Source: the human T2T-CHM13v2.0 reference genome, Homo sapiens. From it: a stretch of DNA of 64,000 nucleotides. The DNA lies in the NCBI RefSeq assembly GCF_009914755.1, contig NC_060925.1. One strand, written 5' to 3'. Of the stretch, positions 18,831 through 30,629 are shown piece by piece. Numbering within the stretch: position 1 is the first letter of the stretch; every line of letters begins with the position of its first letter. The notes under the pieces are model-generated. The model searched no databases. It was not told the origin of the DNA and was given only the letters and a program-made list of their open reading frames with translations. The position numbers and the translations under genes are program-made.

Positions 18831-20755
18831 GTAGGGCCTCTAACATCTGTAGACTAAATTCTAGCCTCAAATTATCAGTTATCTTATTCCTGAATCAGAA
18901 CTGAACTGGGATTCTTAATATTTTTTTTATTAATTCTTGAATTAAAGCCAGGATTTATATTATCCTATATATTTCTTTGAAAAATGCAAAGATATTTTCT
19001 AATGAAACTGTATTTGAACTAATTAACTTAGGGTTCAGTTTTTAAAAATCATAGCTGAATGTAAACTGGAACGTATTTTTTTTCATGGTACTGGAATGTT
19101 TTCTTGGTTGTTATTCATCATGACATTCTAGCTTTGGAATTTTTCATTTCCAGCTGACTTCTAGCAGTCTCCTTTCTTACCTCTCAACCCCTTACACTCT
19201 GGTTGCCCTATACTTGCCCCTAGATGGATCCAGTTTGCATGCAGTGGTAGTTGCTGTGAGGCTGCGGTTAAATAGAGCTGCTCAGACTGCAACAGGAAAG
19301 CATTGAATCGAAAGCAAAGGGGAGGAAGCACAAACCGATACCCACCACAAAGCTGCTGAGTGCCCAGCATGACCCAAGCCGCACCCTCTGATGAGGAGTC
19401 TTGTGGAGGAGTAAGAAGCCACAGACTTTAATAAACCATCAGCACAGCCTGTCCTCCACTTCCCTGGTCCAGCCTTCCCGGATCACCATGAGTATCACCG
19501 GGTACTGACCTAAGAAGCTGGGTGATGACAGAAAAGTGACCAGAAATGTAGAGTCCAGAGGAAGGTACCCGAAATGAATGACTGTAGACCATTTTATCTC
19601 AAACTCCCTACACAGTCAAGCGTGGTGAGCACGAAGGTCCGGGGCATGAGAATGTTTCTGAGGAGCTCCCTGCTTGGGGTGATTCCCAGATGAAGACTCC
19701 TAAAAATGTTCCCTAAAAATGCCTTTGCTACCTCCCTGAAAGGCTGCTTCTAGTAGTGGCCAAAACAACTTATAAAAATTTTGTAACTAAAAATAAAGCC
19801 CTTGCGAGATACAGTTAAGAGAACTTTAAACATACACTAAGGTATGATGACTATTTTTAGATTCCTGACTTCAATGGAGGGAGGAGAAAGGAAGGAGATG
19901 GAGCAGCAAAGACATGTGTTACCTACTTGATTTTGCTCATGGCCTACCCTGTTTACATCTGTCCCTTTTGCTATCAAAGGAGATATTAAGGAATTATAGG
20001 AAAGGGAATGAAAAGTGTGGAAAAATATATAGGAACTAAGTACAGATTTTAAACACCGGTAAGGTGGAGAACTCCTTGGAAATCTAGAGCTTCACAGTGG
20101 CTCTATAATTCACCTGCTCAGGTTCACTACCTCAGAATCTAAGAAGGTGAGATCTGGGCCCTACTTTTGCAGCTGGAAGGTCAGAACACAAAGAATGGAG
20201 GTGACTGACTCAGTCTGGAGGAAAGGTTGCTTGGCTTGGCTGGAAGTGGGCACTTGTGTCATCATAGAGTGCCAACCTCACACTTCAGATAACAGAACAG
20301 GAAATATTGTTAGTTCAGATGGGAGAGCAGAGGACTGACTGTGTATCCAAGACCATTAAGTTATTCAGTCACCTCTTTGTGTTGTACTTTCTATCCTACA
20401 AGGGACCAGAGCTGGCTGTGGGGAGCTTGGGCAATAGATGAAGCAGGCCATCAGGCCAGTCCCTGTTCCTTGCAGCTTTCTTCTCCCTTCTATCACGTTC
20501 AGCTTCTTTAATCTGCTCAACCCAGAAAGTCTTCCAAGATTGACATCATTACCAAAGTTTAAATGGAAGAATCTCAGGCATTTTGATAGGAGACAGGGGT
20601 GACAATTCTGGAGTAGAGGAACTGTCTCTCACAAGGCCTCTCTACTACAAGTGGTAAAAATTTGTGCTTTATTTTAACAACCACAACAACAGTGAATTGG
20701 AAAGGATCTAATAACAGAACAGAATTTGTAGTCAGACAACTTTGTTTTGAAACTA

Positions 20756-20815
20756 TTCTTCCTTTCTTCCCTTCCTCCCTCCCTCCCTTCCTTCTTTCCT
20801 TCCTTCCTTTCCTTC
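20756..20815. repeat. (CCTT/CCCT)n polypyrimidine microsatellite
   Basis: Direct reading. Confidence 0.85.
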
Positions 20816-21838
20816 GGAAAGGAAAGGACAGGGAGGATAGCCATAGAATGGGAAGCTCCTTAGACCTCAGAGGAATGCCGCAAGCTTCCCAAGTCTGAGT
20901 GCCTGCCCAGAGTTTGCCTACTTTCTTCAGTAGTCAAGGATATTCCTCAAGTTGTGTTTAATATCTATGCATGAGCCAAACTGTGGTAGGTGGGTGACTG
21001 CATTCCCCAGGTGCAATCTTTCAGCATGTGACCTGATGTAGTACATTACATTCCTTAGACAAGGAAAAAATAGCGATATGAATGCAAAGAGGGGGAGGCA
21101 GAGAGTGTAAGCTACTCTAAAACACTTAGTTATGAAAGAAGAAAGATTGGCTAGAAAGCATGTATAATAAGGAATGAATTCCATTTTTTTAATTGAGAGA
21201 GGTTCAGGAATGTTTATATACTTGAGGAAAAAGCATAGTGAGAGATCTTAACAAGTCACTTCATTCCTAAGCTTTGATACCCTCATCCGAGGTGAGGAGG
21301 AGAGGAGAAGAGTTTCTATAAAGATTAAAATTGAATTAAAATCATATGCACAGTAGTGGCTTATATGCCACAAAGCCCTTTACACATGTTAATTTTTATA
21401 ACTATTATCATCTAGTGACTGTACAGATGAGTAAGCCCTGGTCACAGCTGTTCTATATTTTCTACCCTATATGACAGAGCTGTCAAGAGGAGACAGGCTC
21501 TTGAGTAGGCAGGGCTAAGACACATAAATAAGAGGCTAACACTGGTGTGATTTGTATCTTGACATGCTTTGAGCTTTTGGAGGATGGTGTGTGTATGTGT
21601 CTGACTTACTAGACGCAATGAGTTACCATTTATTTCAACTTGCCCTGTATTCTTATTTTAAAAATCTTACTTAAAACATGGACACATGTCAAATCCAACA
21701 TGTCTCTAAAAAGAGCTAATGTTTGGAGAAAATTTTAGAAATATTCACAAACTATGCATCTGATAAAGGTCTATTCAGAATCTATAAGGAACTTAAACAA
21801 TTCAACAAGCAAAAAATAACCCCATTAACAAGCGGGCA

Positions 21839-22240
<402 letters not shown>

Positions 22241-22317
22241 TCATTAGAGAAATGCAAATCAAAACCATGGTGAGATACCATCTCACACCAATCAGAATGG
22301 CTATTATTAAAAAGTCA

Positions 22318-22598
22318 GGCCGGGCTCAGTGCCTCACACCTGTAATCCCAGCACTTTGGGAGGCCGAGGAGGATGGATCACCTAAGGTCAGGAGTCTGAG
22401 ACCAACTTGGCCAACATGGTGGAACCCTGTTTCTGCTAAAAATACAAAAATTAGCCGGGTATGGTGGCACATGCCTGTAATCCCAGCTACTCAGGAGGCT
22501 GAGGCAGGAGAATTTCTTGAACCCGGGTGGCAGAGGTTACATTGAGCCAAGATCGCACCATTGCACTCGAGTCTGGGTGATAGAGCAAGACTCTGTCT

Positions 22599-22632
<34 letters not shown>
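22318..22632 (+). mobile_element. Alu (AluS) nested in L1
   Basis: Full Alu with pure A33 tail (22600-22632). Confidence 0.95.
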
Positions 22633-22634
<2 letters not shown>

Positions 22635-23322
22635 GTCAAAAGCCACAGTTGCTGGCGAGGCTACCAAGAAAAGGGAATGCTTATCTATTGTCGGTGTGAA
22701 TGTAAATTAGTTCAGCTACTGTGGAAAAGTAGTTTGGTGATTTCTCAAAGAACTTAAAACAAAATTACCGTTCAACCCAGCAATCTTCATTACTGAGTAT
22801 ATATCTAAAGGAAAATAAACCATTCTACCAAAAAGACACATGCACTCACATGTTCATCACAGCACTATTCACAATAGCAAAGACATGGAATCAATCTAGG
22901 TGTTCATCAACAGTGGATTGGATTTTTTAAAATAGGGTATATACATAGCATGGTATAATACACAGTCAAAAAAATGAGTGAAATCATATCCTTTGTAGCA
23001 ACATGGATGGAGCTAGAGGTCATTATCCTGAGTGAATTAAGGCAGAAACAGAAAACCAAATGTGTTAGTAAGATCTCACAAGTGGGAGTTAAGCATTGGG
23101 TACTCATGGACATAAAGATGACAACAATAGGTACTGGGGACTACTAGAGGCAGGAAGGAGGAAGGGGGACAAAGCTTGAAATACTTACCTATTGGTCACT
23201 ATGCTCATTATCTAGGTGAGGGGATCATTCACACCCCAAACCTCAGTGTTATGCCATATACCCATGTAACAAACCTGCACATGTACTCCTGAGTCTAAAA
23301 TAAAAGTTAAAATTATTTTTTA

Positions 23323-23636
<314 letters not shown>

Positions 23637-24330
23637 AAAAATAAATAAATAAACAAAATTAAAAGTTGCCATGTTGAAAAACACTAATCCATCTTGAGAT
23701 GCAAGGATCTGTACAAATAAGACTATATACATGAACTTCAGGTTACATAAAGGAGCAGTTTCTGTTTGTAGGTGGGGGGAGTAAACTTTTTGTGTTTCTT
23801 TCTGGCTCATTGCAGGATCACATTATAATTTTGCTTTGATACAAATTTGGCAACAGGAATCATAATTCTTTTTCCAACTGACTACAGTGCTTGTATACTT
23901 TTAACGAATAATCGCTGTGAGTTGTACAAAGCCTTATATATTCAACAAATCAGTGAAGTTTTTATCCTCTTAATATTTACTTTGTAGCTTTGCTTTGAAC
24001 CACCTCAGCCCCAGTTCTACACAGTTGGCAGTAAAGATATCTGCAAATTCCACTCCCCCATTTCCTTTCTGTTTTGCCCTTGGTTTTTCAACAGTGAGAT
24101 GATTGTGCCTTCATTTCTGGGTGCATCCCTTCACTTATTCCTTATTTCCCTTCTCCATCCCTTACTCCTTCCTTCTCTTCCCCAGGCCTTCACAACCTCT
24201 AGATTTTATTACTAGCAACTTCTTAGGCCAATCCCATAGCATGCTCCTTCATGCATTACATGAACAAATTTTTTGAGGGTGCTGAACCAAACAATCAGGT
24301 GTCTTTTTTCAAGAGTGAACAAGAAGCCAC

Positions 24331-25495
24331 TTTTTAAAAACAGTTTTACTGAGATATAATTTGTATTCTATAAAATTCGCATTTAAAGTGTACAATTCAA
24401 TGGTTTTCAGTATATCTATTTAGCAGGGCACCCGTCACCATAATTAATTTTAGAATATTTTCATCATCTCCAAAAGAAACCTTATATTCATTAGCAGTCA
24501 CTCATCAATTCTGTTCTCCCATACCCCACCCCTTTATTCCCTCTAGTCCTAGACAAACACTAATCTGCTTTCGGTTTCTATGGATTTGCCTATTCTGGAC
24601 ATTTTATATAAATGAGATCATATAATATGTGGTCTTTTGTGACTGGCTTCCTTCACTTAGCAGAATGTTTTTGAGGTTCATCTATATTGTGGCATCTATC
24701 TGTACCTCATTCCTTTTTATTGCCAAATAATATTTCATTGTATGGATATTTCACATTTTGTTTATCTGTTCATCAGTTGATGACAAATGGGTTGTTTCTA
24801 CTTTTTGGTTATTGTGAATAAAGTTTCTGTGAACATTTGTGCACAAGTTTTTGTATGGAAATATGTTTTCATTGCTTTTGGGTAGATTCCCAAGATAAAA
24901 GAATTGCTGGGTCATATGGTAACTCTATTTTTAGCATTTAGAGGGACTGTCAAACTTTTCCAATGTGGCTACACCATTTTACTTTCCCACTAGCAGTGTA
25001 TGAGCTTTCCAATTTCTCCACATCCTTACCAACAATTATTATTTTCTGCCTATATTATTATAGCCATTCCAGTGGGTGAAAATTGATATCTCATTGTGCT
25101 TTTGATTTATATTTTCCTAGTGACTTTTCATGTGCTTATTTGCATATTTTTCTCTTGAAAAATATCTTGTAATCCTTTGCCCATTCCCAACTTAGATCAT
25201 TTGTCATTTCTTATTGATTTGTGTTTTTTATATTCTAGTCCCTTAACAGATAGTATAATTTGCAAATATGCTCTCTGATTCTGTGGGGCTGTTCTTTCAC
25301 TTGTTGGTGTCCTTGAAGCACAGAAGTTTTTCATTTTGATTAAGTTCAACTTATCAACTTTTTTTCTCTTTTATTATTTGTGCTCTTGATGTTGCATCAA
25401 AGAAATTACTGCCTAACTCAAAGTCACAAAGATTTACTGCTTAACTCAGGTCAAAAGAGTTAGTTTTCTTCTAAAAGTTTTATATTTTAGCTTCT
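24331..25495 (-). mobile_element. L1M (L1MB-like), 3' part; host of the NUDT4 retrocopy
   Basis: Antisense L1MB 3' end (cagttttactgagatataat...tttaaagtgtacaattcaatgg) running into ORF2 remnant. Confidence 0.85.
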
Positions 25496-26884
25496 TTTTT
25501 TTTTTTTTTTTTTTTTCATTTTTTCCATTTTTATTTGATGTTTCCAAATATAAAAAAGTCAGGATGCTTACATCAATTATCTCAAATGAGACCATGCAAA
25601 GCAATTCAGTGTATACAACAATCATTTTTCCCCTTCAGTTCTGCTGCTTTATACAACAGTGTGATTGACAGAAAATTGGATGGCATGTGCCTGGTCAGAA
25701 AATGTCATCTGTTTACAAAATAACATCATGCAGCACAGTTTCTACTTTGTCTGCAAGTCAATTCACAAAAACTACTTATTTTCTGTTTTTTATTTGGGAG
25801 GCACATGGAACTGAAAAATTTAGCTGCCCAATTTTATTCAACTACCCCACCAAAAAAAAAAAAAAAAATCACAAATGACAGTCCCAACACTCTGCAAATT
25901 TTGGAGGGTTGAGATAGTAGACACTATTTGTCATACTCAGCAGAGTTAACTATTTAACAGAAATAAATCTCCCTAGGGCCTTTCCTCTCATTTTGCTAGA
26001 CTGGGTTCCAGGAGAATCGTGAAGAACCCCTCATGTAAAATTTGAAGTGTGAAAACTGTGTTGTTGCATTATGCAGATTTTTGCTAGTTGCATAGACTAA
26101 AGACGTTTTGCTAAATGGCACTGAAAATCCTTACCGAGTGTCACTATTCAGTCCAAGTGTTTCTGACCAAAGAAAATTATACAACAATATTTATAGGCTA
26201 ACTTTAAAGAGATGGTTGACGTTAATACTGTACATATTTTACATGTCAAATACATAGTCCAAGAGTTTATAAAATAAATTCATGCATCATTACCTTATTA
26301 CCTCTAAGAATATCATGTACAAGATGGGCACTCCCCCACCCCCCCAGTACTTATGACAGCATTTCAGGTGGAAGCAGTCTTATATACAAAAACAATCCAG
26401 TTTCTCTGCTATGTTAAGTATATAATTTAAGGAAATTTCAGAGATTACTGACCAAAAAAATCTTAGTCCATTGAAGATAGAAAGTGTCAATTTGTGGGAT
26501 TTAAAATGTTTCCTTTATAAAAGAACACCCAGAATATGTAACCTCTGTACAAAGAAAAAAATATACAAATTCTGGATGATCATGTTTGATCACACTACGT
26601 ACTTGAAATGTTGCTGGTTAAAAGTTTTTCTGCTTTACTCATTCCTTTGACAGCATTAATTTGTGAACATTTATATTCAGTTCAGCTGTATTTATGGCAC
26701 AAGATCTCATTTCCAAAATGGCACTAATTTTCCTTAAGTGTAACAGCACTCTATTTTTAGCAGTAATTATATTTTTAAAGGTTAATTTGTAGAACAAATG
26801 TTTTAACTATACTTTTTTTCTACTCTATACTCCCCAGTTACAATATTTACAAAGGGCTGAAGTCTATATAAAAAAATGATCTTT

Positions 26885-27199
<315 letters not shown>

Positions 27200-28412
27200 T
27201 TAGTCAAACTTCTCCCACCTCATTTCTGCCCTGGTTGGGGAAGTGCAAGAGTTTCAGATAAGGTACCTATGTGTTTTAGATGGGATTCTTGATTTTAAGT
27301 GAGTATAAAGTAAAAGACTTAATTCTTAGTTCAGGTATGTTCCAGTGCCTCGAAAGTTAGTTATGTGACAAATAGTACCTGTTGACAACCTAGAAAAGAT
27401 GAGACATTCTAAGGTGCCCTAACAATCTTCAGTCTCTAACAGCTGAACAGGAAGGCCATTTCACTCAACTGTGATGCGATCATCACTGACTGGCATTTAG
27501 AATTAGATTTCAAGACTCCACTCCTGTGGGGGCCACTAAATAACTGAATACATTTTAAGAGCAATCTACACTGAGGGAAATAACGGTTCTAAGGTATTCT
27601 GCATAGAAAGAGTATCGATAATGGGAACTGGCAACTGAGCATGCTAAATCAAATTCCATGAATACAGTTTTCATAAGATGTCTTTACTACATGCATTTTG
27701 CTAATATTTCCCTAAAATATTCACCAACTCTACAGAGTTATACTTTGTGTTAAGGTACTATTGAGTTATAAGGGAAATAGCCATATCAGGTAGCTAGTGA
27801 CATAATACCAGTTGTGAAAATTCAGACAAAATGAGTCGACAAATCCCCAAAAATGGCAAATTAAGCCCTGTGACAAAATAAGTTATTGGATCATACAGAA
27901 ATAGCCCAAATCTGGAAATTTTGAATTAAAATTGTAATCCTGTAAAACAAGTTTTGGGGTGAATGGATTTCTTTAAAACCAATAATATTTTTAATTCCCA
28001 CCACAGATGGATTTGCTGAATATGCTAATGCTGTGAATGAGAAAACAATTTTGGGGTAGGTATACCCACAAGTAATCTGATGACAAAATAAACCACAGAC
28101 TGATGTCAAATGGACAAAAAACTGAAAATATGCTGTGAGAAATAGACAACCAAAATAATATAGGGGGTTGTGGGGTGTGGCACAGTTAAGGCATCTAAAC
28201 AAAAATTCCACATGGCTTTGGCTTATTAAAATATTTTACACTATTTTTTTAAAAAAAGATTTGAAAGCATCTGAAAAACATGCAAATTGTTTGAAAACCT
28301 TGCATGGCAAATTCAGACAGTTTGCAAGCGTCAATCAGATGTTTGACGAGGAAACGAAAGAAGCCTCTCCCCATGAGACTGCACATGGTGGGAGAGGCCT
28401 ACCCAGTTCTCT

Positions 28413-28958
28413 CTATCTTACACTAGATGGCAACCCAGAGGTCTGTGCAGCGGTTACAAACAAGGCATTATTATCCGGAAGGGAAGGGACTGTAGAATTT
28501 CCATTGGCTGGGGAACAACCCAGCTTTAGCTTTTCCAGATACTCTGCATGTACAGGTTTATGACACTGGAGAACTTTGATAGCATCTTCTACTTTGAACC
28601 ACTCTCTCTTCCTTCCAATATTAACAGAATCTTCCCAATCTTCTAATATTTCAGTGACTGTTAGAACATAAACATATGTTCTGTGCTTTCGGTCTTGGTT
28701 CTGCTCAAATATGCCCAGAAGTCTGCCTAGTTTTCCTTTGACTCCAGCCTCCTCATAAACTTCCCTCACGGCAGCACCGCCAGGTTCCTCCTCGGGTTCC
28801 ATTCCTCCTCCTGGGACAATCCACTGGTCTGGGTACCGGCTGCTACTCACCAGCAGCACCTCGTCCTCCTGCTCGCTCCGGAAGCACAGGCACGCCGCCC
28901 GCTTCTTGAAGCCCTCGCGGTCGTAGGTCCGCGTCTGGTTGGGCTTGAACTTCATCAT
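28413..28958 (-). CDS. NUDT4B: Diphosphoinositol polyphosphate phosphohydrolase 2 (NUDT4/DIPP2-beta) retrocopy, intact intronless 181-aa ORF
   Basis: ATG at 28958 gives MMKFKPNQTRTYDREGFKKRAACLCF...GGGMEPEEEPGGAAVREVYEEAGV (Nudix box)...GLPSSVR*. 546 nt with no introns, frameshifts or stops. Which named copy (NUDT4B vs NUDT4P2) cannot be determined here. Confidence 0.93.
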   Translation of the reverse strand: MMKFKPNQTRTYDREGFKKRAACLCFRSEQEDEVLLVSSSRYPDQWIVPGGGMEPEEEPGGAAVREVYEEAGVKGKLGRLLGIFEQNQDRKHRTYVYVLTVTEILEDWEDSVNIGRKREWFKVEDAIKVLQCHKPVHAEYLEKLKLGCSPANGNSTVPSLPDNNALFVTAAQTSGLPSSVR

Positions 28959-29355
28959 AGAGGCGGGCTCCTGCTGCTGCTGCTGCTGCTCCGGCCGCCG
29001 CCGTGGGGGCCCGGCCGCCGCCACCCCGCCGGGGAGTGGGGGCGAGGGCGAGTCGGGCGCAGGAGCGCCCGGGAGCGCTAGTCGGTGCGGGAGGTGCGGC
29101 GAGGCCGGTCAGTCCCGGGGCCGGCGGCCGCTCCGACGCGGGCGGGACGGGACGCTAGCGCGGGTCACTGGAACCAGGGTGCCGAGATGAAAGCTCCGCC
29201 TCTGCCCAGTTGTCCGCCGCTCTCCATGGAGCCCGACTCCCGCTCGCCTCCGCTCCCTCCAGCCGTAGCCGCCAGGGGAAGGGCGGCTAGAGGCGCGCGC
29301 CACGCGGAGACAGTTGCGAAGACCCGCTCCCACTGAGCAGCAGCACCACGGCGAC
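28760..29355. promoter_or_regulatory. CpG island imported with the NUDT4 5' UTR and first exon
   Basis: Very GC-rich with dense intact CpGs, in an otherwise AT-rich, CpG-depleted window; ends abruptly at the retrocopy TSD. Confidence 0.8.
28971..28988 (-). repeat. (CAG)6 repeat in the NUDT4 retrocopy 5' UTR
   Basis: (ctg)6 on + strand, 12 nt upstream of the ATG and in frame with the CDS. Confidence 0.9.
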
Positions 29356-29357
29356 TG

Positions 29358-29771
29358 TATTTTAGCTTCTACATTTAGGCCTATGATTCACTTTGAGTTA
29401 ATTATTGTGTACAATCTTAGGGGTCCAAATTAATTCTTTTGCATGTGGATATCCAGTTGCCCAGCACCACTTGTTGAAAAGACCATTTTTTTTTTCCCCC
29501 ATTGAATTGTCTTGGCTCTTTCGTTGAAAATCAATTGATTGTAACTGTTAGGGTTTATTTGTGATTCTCAATTCTGTTCCATTGATCTGTATGTTTATCC
29601 TTCTGTCAGTAACACACTGTCTTTGTTACTGTAGTTTTGTTGTAAGTTTTGAAATTGGGAAGTGTGAATCCACCAACTTTGTTCTTCATTGTTTTGGCTT
29701 TTATGAGTCCCATGCATTTCCATATACATTTTAAGAGCAGCAGAAATTGACAAGTTGATTCTAAAATTCAT
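29358..29771 (-). mobile_element. L1M continuation (5' part) with a short inverted terminal segment
   Basis: Antisense ORF2 sequence resumes right after the TSD (acatttaggcctatgattcactttgagttaatt...); orientation flips at ~29742. Confidence 0.82.
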
Positions 29772-30629
29772 TAAAAACCCTCACTTCTAAGAAACAATTA
29801 AAATATTTTCTTTCCAACCTAGGATGAAATTGGATAAGGAGGACTGAGCAGGTACATTTTTGAGTTGTGGTGATGGGGGATGGGTCATTTGAAAGGGGGA
29901 CCAACCTGATGGAGGAGGGGAATAAAGGAGCCACAAAGTTTGGTAAACTTCCCACCCTGGTGAGAGGAATGTTTGTTCAGAGGAGGCAGTTTGTTCTAAC
30001 ACCAGGGAATATTATGAAAGATAATTGAAATTGTAAAGTCCATTGATATCTCCCCAGAAGACAAAAAGGTCTCTAAGTAAGCAGTATTGTTAGCTTGTTG
30101 ATTCTTACAGAAGAAGATTTTCATCCAACTAAGGGAAGCAGCTGGGACTTTCTCAGGGCTGTAAGACAGAAAAAAAATGAAGAAATCCTTCTGTATCTTT
30201 TCTTACCTCTCCCTGTGGCCAGCCCTAACTTTTGTCCATTTTTGTTACCCTTCCCTTTTATAAGCTCCCCAAAAAGAGAGAGAGGAGAAAGAGAAAAAGA
30301 AGAAAACCACAGTGGGAGAGAGGGTTAGAGATCCTGGGGATGGGGGAGGAATTCTGGAGCATTTCAAATTAAAGATCCCTAAGGTACTATGGGTGGAACC
30401 TACTAAGTAATATGACAACTTGTAGCAAGAGTCATAAGGATGATCACATCTTCAACTCAGTGATCCAATTCCTGGGAATTTATGTAAGGAAATAAGACAG
30501 GCAAAAAGTGTGAGTGGGAATGTTAATGAAAATATTACCTATAATAGTGCAAACAGGAACAACCTAAATCACCAAAATAGAAGCATGTTTTATGACGTCA
30601 TGGCATGTAAAGATGGCAGATTATAATAC

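Noticed and set aside
20804-20824. 9-bp hairpin ttcctttcc-ttc-ggaaaggaa at the end of the CCTT repeat
   Set aside because: Short fold-back at a microsatellite edge; no evidence of function.
28959-29024. ORF-track start at 29024 (203 aa) as the NUDT4 CDS start
   Set aside because: It is a GTG; the known DIPP2 N-terminus MMKFKPNQ begins at ATG 28958. Kept only as a possible extension.
28939-29336. + strand ORFs over the CpG island and 28168-28563
   Set aside because: Antisense shadows of the NUDT4 sequence and stop-poor GC-rich DNA.
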